Below, in pieces: positions 39,878-53,465 of a stretch of DNA of 64,000 bases (positions are counted from its first letter, which is position 1; every line of letters starts with the position of its first letter). The stretch lies in assembly GCA_964188305.1 (NCBI GenBank), contig OZ076887.1. One strand, written 5' to 3'. The notes beneath the pieces were generated by a model, which saw nothing but the letters and a program-made list of their open reading frames with translations, had not been told where the DNA came from and did not search any database. The stretch is from Podarcis bocagei. Its lineage: Eukaryota. Both the position numbers and the translations under genes were made by a program.

Positions 39878-40037
39878 CTTGTGATTATCTATTAAGTTCA
39901 TCACTAAATCAATGTCTCCATGCACAGGCTGATCTTCGGCCAGCTGCGGTTCCACTTTGTACAGCCAATCTATGAGAGCTTGAAGAGCATCAGTAAATTG
40001 CCCAGAAAACAGCAGCGCTTCTTCCAGTTTGTTTTGT
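39878..40037 (-). CDS. DST: DST exon ([14 protein letters not shown]...IDNHK), 160 nt
   Basis: cag/gtaatg, phase 2/0. Confidence 0.94.
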
Positions 40038-41079
40038 CTGAAATGGGAAACAAGACAGACACAGTGAAAAAAAGGGGGGAAGAGTGATTGCAGATCTACA
40101 GGAACCCTATGCCCATGCACTCAGCTATATGACTCTAACACCATAAATCTAGGTCTCTTAGGATTCATCCTACCTTCTACAGCTTCCTTCATTTACAGCC
40201 TTTCCACAGTAACAACATTTCTGCTTCTATCATGCCAACTACTAGTTCCTACTTCCTAGACCCCTCGCCCTGCCTCCAATCAGTCGCTCTTCCAGGGGCT
40301 ACATGCTCTTCCAGTTTTACCACCACCCCTTCCTCTCTTCCAACTGGGCTGGGGGAGTTTTCAGAGGTAACAATAAACAAAACAAAATGTTCTGGCTTTA
40401 TACACCTCTCTATCAAGACCAAGTGGAGGAGCCAAATGAATATATTGTTCATATATTCAGGAGACAAGATTTGAGCTCAAACCTAAAACTAAAGGAATAT
40501 ACAACATAAAGAAAAGTGCGTAGGAGTTGGACCATGCACTTCCCATTTTACAGGGCTCTTTCTTTTGAAATGGAGCTCTAAACCACCCCAGAGACCTTGG
40601 CTGAATATGAAATGGGCCTCCTCTGCCTCCTACCACCCTTGGAAGAACAAACCAATACATTTTCTGCAGCTGGCTTATTCTGAGATTTAGGCTGTTATAC
40701 ACACTCCCGTTTACTCTGCATCCAGTGCATTTCCAATGTTGGTTTGAGAAACAGTGTACACATGATGCTAGAGATAATCCACACCTATCCTTTATCTAGC
40801 CTGTCATTCCTTATTAAATGCTGCATTTCTGATGCCTTCTCCCCTTCCCAATCAGCTTCATCTTAAGCGAATAATGTGTACACAGTCTTAAACACTCTAA
40901 GGGATGGGGAAGTGGAGCCAAGAACCTACATCCTCTGCTCAAAGTGAGACTCTCATAATTTTATTCTGACCAGGGACATTCACTGAAGACCAAGGAAAAT
41001 GGGATGATAAGGAGAGAGTGACCTAGCTACTGCTTTACAGAGCCTCTTTTAAGTAAGATGCAAAGCTTTTTTGTCTTAC

Positions 41080-41249
41080 CTTTCTACAGATTTCCCACAT
41101 ACTGTATCCCATTTGTCTCTGAGTTCACTCAGCATATCATCCAGTTTCAGATTGTCATCAGCTAGGGAAGTTTTTTCTTTCAAAGCACGTCCACTTCTAT
41201 TTGTGGTGTCATACACAGAATGTTTAGCTCCAAGAGACTTCTGGAACTC
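41080..41249 (-). CDS. DST: DST exon ([14 protein letters not shown]...GKSVE), 170 nt
   Basis: cag/gtaaga, phase 0/2. Confidence 0.94.
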
Positions 41250-43930
41250 CTGTTCAAGAAAGGGACCCAATATGAAGCACACAACACACATAACCTACAA
41301 AACTTATTTTGTGCCGTTTGGAGACAAAGACCACACTCATGCATCACAGTAAGCCATAAAACATGGCTTACAATGCATGGATGAATTATGCCCACTTCAC
41401 TCTTCCCATCTCATGTGCAGAGGAAACGAATCAGCTACAATCCCTGGCTTAGCGTTACATCTGAACCAGGGATCGTGGTTTGTTTCTCTCCCAACAAACC
41501 ACAATTTCTAGCAAAGCTCCGCTTTTGGCTTAGCAGTCATGGCTTGTTGACAGTGAAATAAAGCATGATCCCAAAGCCAAGGATCAGGGTTTGAGTCTTC
41601 TGTGTATTAGTAGGGAGGAAATAAACAGCCCAGCTAGGCGTGTTCATGGTCAATCACTATCTATGATTTATCAGATGTGTGAACAGGGCCAAACACAATG
41701 AATGAGATTTTCATACAAACTACATTTAGCAAGGAAATATCATGAAATGTCACCGGGACATTTAGATTCCAGAACCCGCTGGCATTTATTCCAGAATATA
41801 CCTCGTGTCCCTGGGATCAATAAGACTATCAATCAAATGACTTTAATTGAGCAATTAAAATAAGTTATGCAAGAGAAATGGTAGCAAGGCATTAGTGCTC
41901 AGCTTGAAGTGATAGTGCACAAGTTTGGACTGTCTTCTACAAAGCATTTACACCAAATCACTAGCATTCAAATCAATGTAGAAGTCCATATTAAATCATC
42001 TGAAACCCAATACCTTAGGTTTACTGACTTATGGACTAGAATAAAGAAGCTACACTGGAAAATATTATTCCATTCTTTACCATTAAAAAAGGAACATGAC
42101 AAACCTTAGGTTATCTTGCATTCAGTACACTACTTAAGAAAGTATTAAATGCTAAATACTACAGAGAGTGAGTGCTCCCCATGTAAACAATCAAATGCTT
42201 GATTATTTCTGTATTGCTATCTTCTCTGGAGTACGGCTGTGCTAAGATTATCAAGATGTACATCTAGCATGCTTTTGCAAGAAGACACAAATAAGGAATC
42301 CGCCAAAGAAATGTTGGTCAGTAGAAACGCAAGACTCAATTTTGTGAATTCTTTGGTGGCTATATCATTTACAAATATTCTCTAGAATGAAACTCACAAG
42401 CAATTACAGTCATTGACTCAAAAAGCATTATCCTACCAATGTCACTTCTGTAAAGTAAATGGAGGTTGACTTGTAATGAGGTGCATATTAACCTAAAAAT
42501 GTGGGGGGGGGGTAGCTGATGTGGTGACCTAAATATGATTTGGACCTCCAATAGCCCCAACCAACATGACAAATGGTCAGGGATGATGGGTGTTGTAGTC
42601 CAGCAATTTTTTGAAAGATACCCCTGCCTTAAAACATATCAATATTCTTTTTTAAAAAAATATCCTTGAAAAAGGGATTAAGACAAACTACACGGCCCAT
42701 TCTTTCTTCACTGACTTCTAAATATAACATGCAAAGAGCTTGGTGGTGGTTGGGGACTGATAAAAAGGCAATGGATACTCCTTCAAATCTTTAGCAATAT
42801 GAGACAGCTCATTTTTAAAATCTTCATCTCTCCTTATTTGACAAACTCCCAAAGAATGAAGCCAAGTTATTCCATATATCAAATAGAGCCTAGTCTACGG
42901 TCTTTAGCCTTAGATACTAAAAGCATTAAAACCTTCAACAATGGCTCAGTGGTTTACTTTATAAAAGGAAGATTGAAAACATGCAGCAACCAAAGGCATG
43001 CAACATACAAATATTTGCTAAGAGGAGTAGCTAGGATTTTTTGAGGCTATTTTATGACTGTCCATGTATCGGGGGAATGAGAGGTTAATAGAGGTGGACA
43101 AGTCAGTATGTTTCCAGTGTGTGTCAGTTTACCAAATGTGCATTCATAAATCCATTCCACCCCTTTTCTGAATTAATCTGCATTTTTGAATTTAAAAACA
43201 ACATGAAAATTTGAATTATTATTTTTTAAAAAATCTAAAAATGTTTCCCCACAAAACACCCATTTCTAAACATACTAGTTGCCAGCTGAGTGTAAAAATC
43301 CAGTCCCGGAAGTAGACTGGTGGCCATTCTGAGCTCTTTTAAAACTCAAAATCCTTCCAGAATGCATATACTGATGGGATTATCATCTGATCAGGGGTGA
43401 GGTGTGTAGTTCAGTGTTAAGACCCATCCTTTGCATATAGAAGATTCAGTTCCTGGCACCTCCAGGTGTAGAATATTCCTATGTGAAATCTGTGTGAAAT
43501 CACATCCAGTTTGGTATAAGGCAGCTTCTGGTGTTCAGAAAAGGCAGTGGCCGTCATAATTAAGCAGAGCTGCTGGTGGATATGAATCCACTTGCACGTT
43601 ATCTTTTATTTATAGTAATGATCTTACCCATTCATCTAGTCAAGACAAGTTTTAACACCCTCTACATCCATATAGAGTCTTTGGCACTAGGACTCAGTAA
43701 ACTGTGTATAATGAAGGGGAAAGTGCTGAAAGCTAATTCAAAGGCCTCAACAGTCAATTTTATTCTATTTAACAAAGTTCACACGCTGGTTGATTGTAAT
43801 AAAACAAGGAATATTAAAAGTATCAATAAAAACAGCTAAAACAATAAATAAGAATTAGAGTTAGGTAAAAGAGGCTAAAACACACATCTAGCTTTCTGGA
43901 TAGGCTTGCCTAAACAAAAATGTCTTAAGG

Positions 43931-44067
43931 CAGGCTTCCTTAAACTCGGCCCTCCAGATGTTTTGAGACTACAATTCTCATCATCCCTGACCACTGGTCC
44001 TGCTAGCTAAGGATCATGGGAGCTGTAGGCCAAAAACATCTGGGAGGACTGAGTTTGAGGAAGCCTG
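43931..44067. mobile_element. Palindromic hAT MITE nested in an old L2-like fragment
   Basis: TIR CAGGCTTCCT; TSD TCTTAAGG/TTTTAAGG (7/8). Confidence 0.85.
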
Positions 44068-45086
44068 TTTTAAGGGATGGCAGAAAGAGTACAGTAATGG
44101 TGCCTGCCTGATGCAGACAGACAGGGAGTTCGAAAGTGTAGATGCTGCCACATGGAAACAACGGTTTCTTACAAAAGGATCAAACCACCTAACAAGAAAC
44201 ACAGTGGAAGGCAAAACAACAACAACAACAAAAACTAGCAGTAGATGTCCAAAGCAAACAAAGCATTAAGAAAGAGTGTTTTGTTTTTTTAAGAGCAAGG
44301 TGCTAAAATTTGATTGACAATCAAGATATTGAGAGTGCTAGGCAGACCAAAGTAACAGTAATTCTTGAACTTCAGCATACAAGTAGTTTTGCAGAGCAGA
44401 TAATCCCTGTTCACAGTGTGTCCCTTTCCCTATATCCATTCAGAAGACGCCCAGGTTTTAAAGATTACATTTCATCTGCACATCACCAGATTTATGGAAA
44501 GGCGCTTGACAGCTGTGGACCCTTAACAGAAAAACTCTCTTTTCTCCTACTAGAATGTTCATTTGTGTTGTTGACAGCCCCACTGCATCTAATGCATTTC
44601 CAAGTGGTGGGGGGAATTGTTTCACTAAAGCGATTAAGGATTTGTCCATCAAACTGTACTTTACTTATTTTTTTGAGATAAGCTGGGTTGTTTTTTGTTT
44701 TAAAAAAAAACGTGTTACAAATGGTGATCCACACAATCTCGGAGCCCGTCTTGAGTGTAGTTAAACTCTAGCAGATCCTATTGTCCTATAACATTGCACA
44801 CAGGAAAAAATAGCATAGTGCCCTTTATCTTGTTCCTATGATTCTTTACTATTGTGCTTTTCCTTTCCACATGTAGTTTCAGAAGATGGAACCCTGCAGA
44901 GAAACCTCCCAGCTTCTATTTATTTTACAAGCTGGAAAACTGCCAGTGTTTGAATTTGATGGTGGCAAACATTCCAACCTAGTGACCAATAAATCTCCCT
45001 CCTCCTGCTAATTACACAGTGCTTGGTTCACTGGCTTTCCTGCCATCTGATTGGACAGCCTCTACATTCCATTACCAGTGACTCAC

Positions 45087-45206
45087 CTTATGCTGGGCAA
45101 GCTGCATCTTAATTTTGTCTGGATCATTTGCAATTTCAAGCTCTGTATCCAGAGTCTTTTCTGAATCATCCAGCCATTCAGTAAGTTTGTTCCAGGCTTC
45201 ATGGAA
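45087..45206 (-). CDS. DST: DST exon ([12 protein letters not shown]...QLAQHK), 120 nt
   Basis: cag/gtgagt. Confidence 0.94.
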
Positions 45207-45842
45207 CTGTGGAAAAGGAAGATTTTCAATTACATACATTGATAGGCATAGATTATGCATTCAAAACATTCAACACACATTTAGCTTTGAAAAAATATTA
45301 AGGGTTGCATTCAGTTAGGTTTCACTCAGAGTGTATGCACTGAAATTAATGGGTCTGAGTCAGTCATGTCTACTAATTTAAATGGGGGGAGGGTGCAGGG
45401 TAGGCGAGGATGGGAAGTCAAGTTGTATTGGCAGAACTCATGGTACTGGCTTCCACTGGCGCAACAACTTCGTTGAATCAGACCCACAATATTAAAAGCC
45501 AGGCAATCCAGACTGGACTCACACAAATAAATGTTGGACCAAAGGACTATTTCCCTTTTAGAGTGATGCAAATTATTTGAAATTTCTCTGCGATTGCTCA
45601 GTCAGCAGAGTATAAGGTTCAAGCCCCATGCTGGGAAAATCCAAGACTCCCAACCTCTGTTGACACAGTGACATATCTACTTGACCAGGAGTGGCCCTTT
45701 CTGGCCCGAGGGCCACTCTGAGGGTTGCTGAACCCTTCAAGGGCCACATACGCTCAGCACAAATGCAAATAACATGCTGCCACCCATGCACCCACCACAT
45801 GTAGAAACATACACTATACATACACACACATACACACAACAT

Positions 45843-46051
45843 AAGGTAAAGGTAATGGGACCCCTGACCATTAGGTCCAGTTGCGGATGACTGGGGTTGC
45901 GGTGCTCATCTCGCTTTATTGGCCGAGGGAGCCGGCATACAGCTTTCGGGTCATGTGGCCAGCATGACTAAGCCGCTTCTGGCGAACCAGAGCAGCACAC
46001 AGAAACGCCGTTTACCTTCCCACTGGAGCGGTACCTATTTATCTACTTGCA
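45843..46051 (-). mobile_element. Sauria SINE 3' part
   Basis: Reverse complement of the 4232-4526 body. Confidence 0.88.
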
Positions 46052-47126
46052 TACCTAGAGGTCAATAAAACATGCATACTGTTTTTCTGCCAACATCGGT
46101 GCTGGACTAGGAAGAGGGGATCCTTTCCTCCTAGCCCAGGGCTGGAATGAGAACAAGAGGCCCCCAGTTACCCTGCCAATGTGCCTCTTCTCCTTTTGGC
46201 AAGGAAACATTGAAAGCAGGACCTGGAGCTCAGGAAACAGAAGGAAGTGCTTCTGTTTCTGTTTCTTGAGTTCAGTGTCCTATGTCTGGCATCACAGCAG
46301 AAGGAGAAGAGGCACCTTTGCTAATAAGTGGAGGAAGAGGTCCCAAATTTTCTGGGGGCAAGTAAGTTGCCTGACATAGCCTCATGGGTCCCATGTGATC
46401 CATGGGTTTGCCACTCTTTCCTTAGACACACTATCTTGTTGGGATGATTCACACATATGATAAAGTGCTGTTGTGAGGGTACTGCAATCATGCAGAGACT
46501 GCACTTCCTTATTTTTTATATGTGATGTTGTTTTGTTTAAAAATACCCCACATGACAATTGCAGCCCACATGAAAAAATAACACACACAATCAAAAGTTT
46601 GAGTTGCCTGCCTCATGTAGCCATCTCTCTGTCCCACCCAAATATGGGCTCTGATTTTCATCCACCTCCTCTACACATACAAAAAACCCTGAAATGACAT
46701 GGCCCCTACACAGTCATATCCCTTTGATAATGAGCCTCAGCCTAAGTTGAAACTACAAAAATGTTGGGAAGGCTAGAAGCACCCATGTAGAGAGGTTGCA
46801 CCTTGTTTCAGAAAATGGTGGATTAATGAAGGTGATTGTGAAAAATAAAATAAGGATGAACTTCCCATGCAAAACAGGAACACTGCTAATAAACATCTGC
46901 ATCCATATACCACTCTGTTGCTGGGTTGGAAAGTAAAGATTCTACTTTCACTTTTGGTGTCGGGCCTGAAGAAAAAGCCATTCTGGCTCCCACTACTTGC
47001 CAAACCTGTTGAACTAATATTCCAGTTTCCTTTAGATGACTTAAAGTCATCACACTGTTCATTTAAACATGGGTTTAGTTACAGCAAGGTTACGCTCAAA
47101 TTGTTATGGAAGACTTGCCACATTAC

Positions 47127-47333
47127 CTGCTTGGCACGCTTCCTTGCATCATCCAAAGCTCTTCCTCTTTCCACTAAGCGCTGAACTACTTTTTCCCATC
47201 TACTCTGGACACTGATCAGCAGATTTTTAATGAGGACAACATCCTGTTTCTGGCTGAAGTATTTCAAATGTGTTCCAGTTTTGTCCAGCTCAATAATCTG
47301 GTCACGGTGGGCATTCACTTCATTGGCAAAGAC
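47127..47333 (-). CDS. DST: DST exon ([16 protein letters not shown]...RKRAKQ), 207 nt
   Basis: aag/gtaatg; ORF 47079..47318. Confidence 0.94.
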
Positions 47334-47592
47334 CTTGTGAAAGAAAGAGAAAAGATATTATTTGAAAAGCTTCAGAGTCTTCTAGCATGCAGATATATAC
47401 CTAAGAAGTGATGGTGTTATGCACTGTTTTATGGGTCAGAGACACTATAAAATGTCACTTTAAAAAACTGTAAAATGTCTTTGGATTTTAATGGTGCTGG
47501 CTTGCTTTAAACATTAATACAAGCCAGCCAGCCTGTGGGTCCAAGGAACGGGAAGAAGAAAGTTGCACATCTGTTGTTGTTTCTGTACATAC

Positions 47593-47748
47593 CTTGTGTT
47601 CATCAATTTGAAATAAGACAGTATCCAAGATAAGACTTGGCCGAGAAGCTACTGTCAAGGTTTGCTCAGCTTGAGTAAGCCAGTTGATGAAGTCCTGCAG
47701 TGAGTTGTGGAACTCCATTGCCAAATTGAGAGCTTCTTCCAGTTTGAT
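47593..47748 (-). CDS. DST: DST exon ([17 protein letters not shown]...IDEHK), 156 nt
   Basis: cag/gtatgt; ORF 47488..47802. Confidence 0.94.
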
Positions 47749-49598
47749 CTGCAAGAACACACCATAAATTAGCAGCAGTGGACAGTTTATACTAGGAACC
47801 ATATAAACTTTATAGAGAAATAAACCAAATCATGTCTGAATGTAATTTGGAAGAAGGCCACTGTTGTCCTGTTGCCTACGCCGCCCCCCCCCCCCCAGTT
47901 TAATACTGGTATGCTCTGAATATTTAACAACACACAAGGAAAGATATTTCTAAAAATATTTCAGCAGAAACTGACAAAACAGAGAACCTACAAGGACTGA
48001 GCAGGCAGAAGAGCATCCAATGCCACATACAGATTCCTGCCATTCAGTGCTAAATGATGAGCCTTACAAATATTCAGACAGTAATCCAGGAACATCATTT
48101 CAGCTTTGATTCTGCTTGCATGAAAAGGGGATGATATGCGGTTGCATTGCATGAAGGATTAGGAAGATAAAGTTGGGAATTTGCACTATGGTGAATATCC
48201 TTTTTTGCACAACGCAGGTCTAGTTCAGACAACTTTGGGGCTGGTAAGTCTTTGTGCAGAACGGAAGCTACCCCCCCTCTCTTCCACCGTACAGGTTATT
48301 GCTGTTTCAGATGTTATGAGAGTGAGTGTTAAGCTCCTGTCCTCCCCACTATGGCACAGTCAGAAGGAGAAATTCAGGAGGTTTCATTTTTATTTATTTA
48401 TTAACTAGAGCCTTTCATAGCAGCCAAACTCATGTGTTTAATCTTAACTATGGCTTGCTGAAATGAAAAAAATAATTAAGCCATAGTTTAAGAAGCTGTC
48501 TTGTTTATGCAGTTTATGGTTCAGATGCAGTGCTAAACAGTGGTTTATCCAAAATGGAAGTGGAAGTTTTCGATCTTCCCCTCGGGGCGGGGAGGAGAGG
48601 GGAGTGAACAAGGACTCAGCTAGATTGTATATGCGATATAACAGTGTCCTACCAGATGGCGCTGTGGAGTCCCGTTTTTCTCTACCTGTTTCCCCTGTTT
48701 AAATTTACAACGCATTTAACTGAAACACTTCTTTAATGTGTCTAGAGGCTAGTCTAGCTGCAACTTAAGTTTTGAGGCTAGCTGCGACTTATTCCCCAAT
48801 GCTAAATAATGGTTTAGTGATACAATGTGAACTGGGCCCCTTTCTCATACAGGTGAAGAATATAATGTGTTGGGTGTCAACATGGTTTGTCTACAATATC
48901 ATACATAACCGTACTGACTACCCAAGGTTTTGCTGGCCCAGGCCATCTAATACAATTGAAACAATCCTTTAAATTTACATTATATGAGAATGCAAATACT
49001 CCTTTTTCCAAGAATGGCTTCATTTGTTTGTTTAATCATTTCTGTTTCTTATGAACACATTTGTATTTCAGCTGTTTCAAGATGTAATTTATAGTCTGGC
49101 TCAGAGTAAACTGTTTATCTATGTTTGGAGTATTTTTTATTTTATTTTTTTTTTACAAAAGAATGTCCCACCCCCATGGAAACCCATAGCTATGAGTAAG
49201 ATGCTTATTCAGGAATATGAGGTCGCCTCCCAGAAGGCACGAGAGAGGCCTCATCACTTAAAACTTTTAAGAACTGCTATGTTCAAATGCCAGCAATAAA
49301 ATTAAAGCATCAGTTCCAAGCTGACAGGATGATGGACTGGGTGGCTAGAAAGGATTTATTCATTCCTTAGGTCTGCGACCTATAGACTACAATAGGAGGT
49401 GTTTTCATTTACAAACATTGGTCTGCTGCCATGTAATTTATTGATCAGCTTTTCCAGATGAATCATGGTGTGTGACATCATTTACAGGTTTAATTGCATG
49501 GATCCCTAGCGCCTACTAAAAGGAAAATTCTGTATTTGCAAAATTCTAATATTAAGACACATTTCAGAAAATTTCCCCATGTTCAATATGCAACATAC

Positions 49599-49769
49599 TT
49601 TTCTTTCACTCAGCTTTGTTTCCACCGATTCCCATTTCTCTTTAAGATTATTTATGTCCTGCTCAACATTTGTTTCAATAGTCTCTAGGCATCTTGCAAG
49701 CATCTGTAGGCCCTTTTGCATCAGACACTTGTATGTTTCTTCTTTAGCTTCAAAGGCAGCACAGAGTTC
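49599..49769 (-). CDS. DST: DST exon ([14 protein letters not shown]...KLSERK), 171 nt
   Basis: tag/gtatgt; ORF 49506..49721. Confidence 0.92.
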
Positions 49770-50490
49770 CTAAACAAAGAGGAAAAGTATTGCAAATCGT
49801 TAATGCATAAACATTTATTCGAAAATGTTACCCCCTTAAAAGTTTCACATATTACTTTAAACATGCTAGCTATATTTTGGGGATTTAATGTGAGTTGAAC
49901 AAAGGAGGTGCCACTGTGCATTTCCAGACCTGGGCAGTCTGCAGCCCACAACTAATTTCCAGGGGCATGGATATGCCACTTCTCCTTTCCCTCTCCAGGT
50001 TCAAAAGAGAGGCTAAAACAAGGGCTGTTCAGAACACAAGAAACAGCCCAGTAAAATCTGATTTATTACTTGTGTGTGTGACAGTCATAAGCTTTGGCCT
50101 GTGCCCTTAAATTTCTGCGTGAAATGAACCATCTTACCAGGCCATGGTGATCAAAGCTGATCGAAAACAAAGGCATAACCACAAAAGATTGTGAAGCTGC
50201 ATACAGAAAAACCCACCAGCTATACTTTGCATCTCCGCCAAATATGTACTTATCGTCTAAGTTAGCTTTTCTAAGAAATATACACCAAGGCTCGGGTGCA
50301 AAGAAAGGCAGTTTGTGTGCCTTGTTTGCCTGGGGCTGGCTGTTCTATTTAAAAGCTGTTTCATTTAAAAAGGAAGTAGAAAAGCTCTCTCCCACACGTG
50401 AGTGCCATTTCTTTACAGTCCAGATCTTGGTTGCAATGCTGCACATGCTTGCAGCACCTAAATCTGAACCTAGTTGCAATTAAAAACTTA

Positions 50491-50761
50491 CCGTATTTTT
50501 CGCCCTATGGAACACACTTTTCCCCCTCCAAAAATGAAGGGGAAATGTGTGTGCGTCCTATGGGGCGAATGCAGGCTTTCGCTGAAGCCTGGAGAGCGAG
50601 AGGGGTCGGTGCGCACCAACCCCTCTCGCTCTCCAGGCTTCAGGAGAGCCCCACCGCCAGCCCCACAAGCTCGGGGGATTTTTTCCCCTTTGTCCCCCCC
50701 CCCCCAAAAAAATCTAGGTGCGTCCTATGGGCCGGTGCGTCCTATAGGGCGAAAAATACGG
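50491..50761. mobile_element. Tc1/mariner (Tc2-like) MITE
   Basis: TIR CCGTATTTTTCGCCCTAT, TA TSD. Confidence 0.88.
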
Positions 50762-51097
50762 TAATCTTATATTCTAAGTACAAGAGGGCAGGGAACTGTT
50801 AATGAGGTTTTGGCTTTGAACTACTTCATTCAGACACTGAAAAGAAGAATACCATTGTGCTGTCTGGTAACTTATCAGTCTTTGCCTCTGTGTACTGGTA
50901 ACATGAGTTGTATTGATGAGGCAGGAAATAATAAATGGAGAATGTTCTGCAATCATTGGCTAGCTTTTAAAAAAATGTCCTAACAAAAGCTAAGGAACAA
51001 TAGAATAAGCTCTCAAATTTGAGACTGCAAGTAAATTAAAAAACAATCTGGTTTAAAGATGAGGATATACAGAAAAGGAAAAAAGAAAAAACTCAAC

Positions 51098-51264
51098 TGT
51101 CTGAGCAGTTCTCAGCATTATTTTACAGGGAAGAGAAAGACTTTAAGGGTATTCTTGATGACTCTAGTACTCAGATAAACTTTATAGCTGAGTAACAGAG
51201 TCATCAACAATACCCTTAAAATCTTTTTCTTCCCCATAAAATAATACTGAGAACTATTCAGACA
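51098..51264. repeat. Long inverted repeat (~80-bp arms, minimal loop)
   Basis: Arms align at roughly 85-90% by eye. Confidence 0.9.
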
Positions 51265-51429
51265 TACACATGTACTGCTCAATCAGTTTTGCTAATTGGT
51301 AAATTACCAAAAAAATAAGAGTGTTCTCATTAAACCTTACAGGCATTTCACTTTGCAAATGTTTCACTACAAACGGCCACAAAAGTTTAACTTCCAAATT
51401 GGGACCATCTGCAATATTGAGATCCTTAC

Positions 51430-51558
51430 CATATGGATATTAAGCTGTTCTCTTGCAGTCTCTGGTAAACCACCAACTGGTTTTGATGCCAAAAGCTGAC
51501 GCTCTGTTTCTGTCAGCCATTGTTGCAGATCTTCAACTTCACCATGGAAACCTTGGGC
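51430..51558 (-). CDS. DST: DST exon ([15 protein letters not shown]...EQLNIHM), 129 nt
   Basis: tag/gtaagg, phase 0/0. Confidence 0.92.
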
Positions 51559-51771
51559 CTAAGTGATACATCACCACAACATTTCAGAACATATTTCAAT
51601 AACCTAACATGCTACATCAGCTAAGGGGTTGTAAATGTTGAGCCTATGAAATCAGACTTAAGGGGGGGGGGGACTCTAAAAAGAAATGCTACTAAACCAG
51701 AGATATCCTCTGGAGTAAAAACTGCAAATTGTTGTCCGTATAATGAAACAAGGTAAAATGTGGGGGAAAAA

Positions 51772-51818
51772 AGAAGGAAGGAAGGAAGGAAGGGAGGAAA
51801 GAAAGAAAGAAAGAAAGA
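51772..51818. repeat. (GGAA)n/(GAAA)n compound microsatellite
   Basis: Direct reading. Confidence 0.9.
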
Positions 51819-52284
51819 CCCACAAACATTTCATCACTTGTATGAAACATTTAATGGAGATATATAGATGTGGGTGTTTGCTAATTATATTTTATATTTC
51901 AAATAATTCCAATTGGAAATGCATTTTCTAAAATCATCCATACAGTAAATACGACTGCAAATATTAATTACAGTACAGTTAGGCACAGAGAAAAACTGCT
52001 GTTCAAATGGGTACTTAAGCACGCAAACTCACGCTCAGTGATAGTTATGATCTATAGCTTGATACTTCAAATTATTGCTAGTTCTCCAAGGGCACAATCC
52101 AGCCAAAGTTATCCATTTCTGAGTCCTACAATTTCAATAACAGAAAGCTAACTAACTGGGTTCCCAATTCTCCTGTGGAAATCAGTAGGAGGACTGTAAA
52201 AGAACCTAACACTGGCTGAAATGTGCTCAAATATATTAATTCAATGCAAGTTTATTTCCCTTTTGTTCAGTTTCTCATACACAC

Positions 52285-52482
52285 CTGGATCAAAGCACTG
52301 TCCAGCTGCAGCTTCCTCTTTTCTGTTTTTTCCAAGACATTTTGCCACCGCTGATTCAGAAGTTCCAGCTTGCTTTGCAGATTGCTTGCTTCTTCAACAG
52401 CACTTGACTGAATAAGGTCATTTCCTGCTTTCTTAACTGTTTCCACAGTGGACTGGTGAGCCAAGACATCATTTTGCAGCAC
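52285..52482 (-). CDS. DST: DST exon, spectrin repeat ([13 protein letters not shown]...DSALIQ), 198 nt
   Basis: cag/gtgtgt; ORF 52267..52482. Confidence 0.93.
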
Positions 52483-52602
52483 CTGCAGTTACAAACATGT
52501 CATGCCTCGCTGTATTTTAAAAACGCTAATTTCACTCAGTTGCACTAAAGTAGCAACATAATAATTTCAGTAAAAAAACTTTGCGGGCAGTATTTAAGAA
52601 TA

Positions 52603-52883
52603 CAGTGGTACCTCGCAAGACGAAAAACGCGCAAGACGAAAGAGTTTTCCGTTTTTTGAGTCGTTCCGCAAGACGAATTTCCCTATGGGCATGCTTCGCA
52701 AGACGAAACGTCTTGCGAGTTCTTGCGAGTTTGTTTCCTTTTTCTTAAAGCTGCTAAGCCGTTAATAGCCGCTAAGCCGTTAATAGCCGCTAAGCCGCTA
52801 ATAGCCGTGCTTCGCAAGACGAAAAAACCGCAAGACGAAGAGACTCGCGGAACGGATTAATTTCGTCTTGCGAGGCACCACTG
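52603..52883. mobile_element. Tigger-like MITE, same family as 16240-16593
   Basis: CAGTGGT(A/G)CCTCGCAAGACGAA TIRs, TA TSD, internal GCTAAGCCGTTAATAGCC tandem. Confidence 0.9.
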
Positions 52884-53220
52884 TAGAACATACAGGATTT
52901 AGAGTCTGCCTAAGGGAATGGGACTATCATTAATAGTTTACAATTATCCCTGACCTAACAACATTATCTTTACTACCAAAAATCATTACATATTTTAGTG
53001 TGCTCTATTTGTAAAAGCAGCTATGACTAAATTTAACCTTTTTTCTTTACTTTCATAACTGTTTATACTCTCCTAATAGGAAAGTATTTCTTACAACATT
53101 ACTGTAATGGTTGATACAAAGGGAATCCAGACATGATAGCATCCCATTAACTTAACTAGGAGGCATGGGCATTCACAAGAATTATTTGAGGGAGGGGGGG
53201 GGACCTGCTACACCATGCCA

Positions 53221-53465
53221 ATGGCCCGTCTAGTCCGGCATCCTGTTCTCACAGTGGCCAATCAATTGCTTCTGGGAAATGCACAAGCAGGACCTGAGCA
53301 CCAGAACACTCCCAATCTCCTGTGCTTTCCAGCAACTGGTATTCAGAAGCACTGATGAGTCCAACTGTGCAGGCATATTGTTCATGGTTAGTAGCAATCG
53401 ACAGCTCTCTTCTCCATGCATTTTTTCTAATCCTATTTTAAAGCCATCTTGGTTGGCAGCCAACA
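53221..53465 (-). mobile_element. CR1 LINE 3' fragment
   Basis: GGCCCGTCTAGTCC...TCTAATCCTATTTTAAAGCCATC; similar to the 22650 copy. Confidence 0.7.

Noticed and set aside
52603-52883. CRISPR-like interspersed GCAAGACGAA repeats
   Set aside because: Short sub-terminal motifs within a TA-flanked MITE in a vertebrate intron; irregular spacing and no cas genes.
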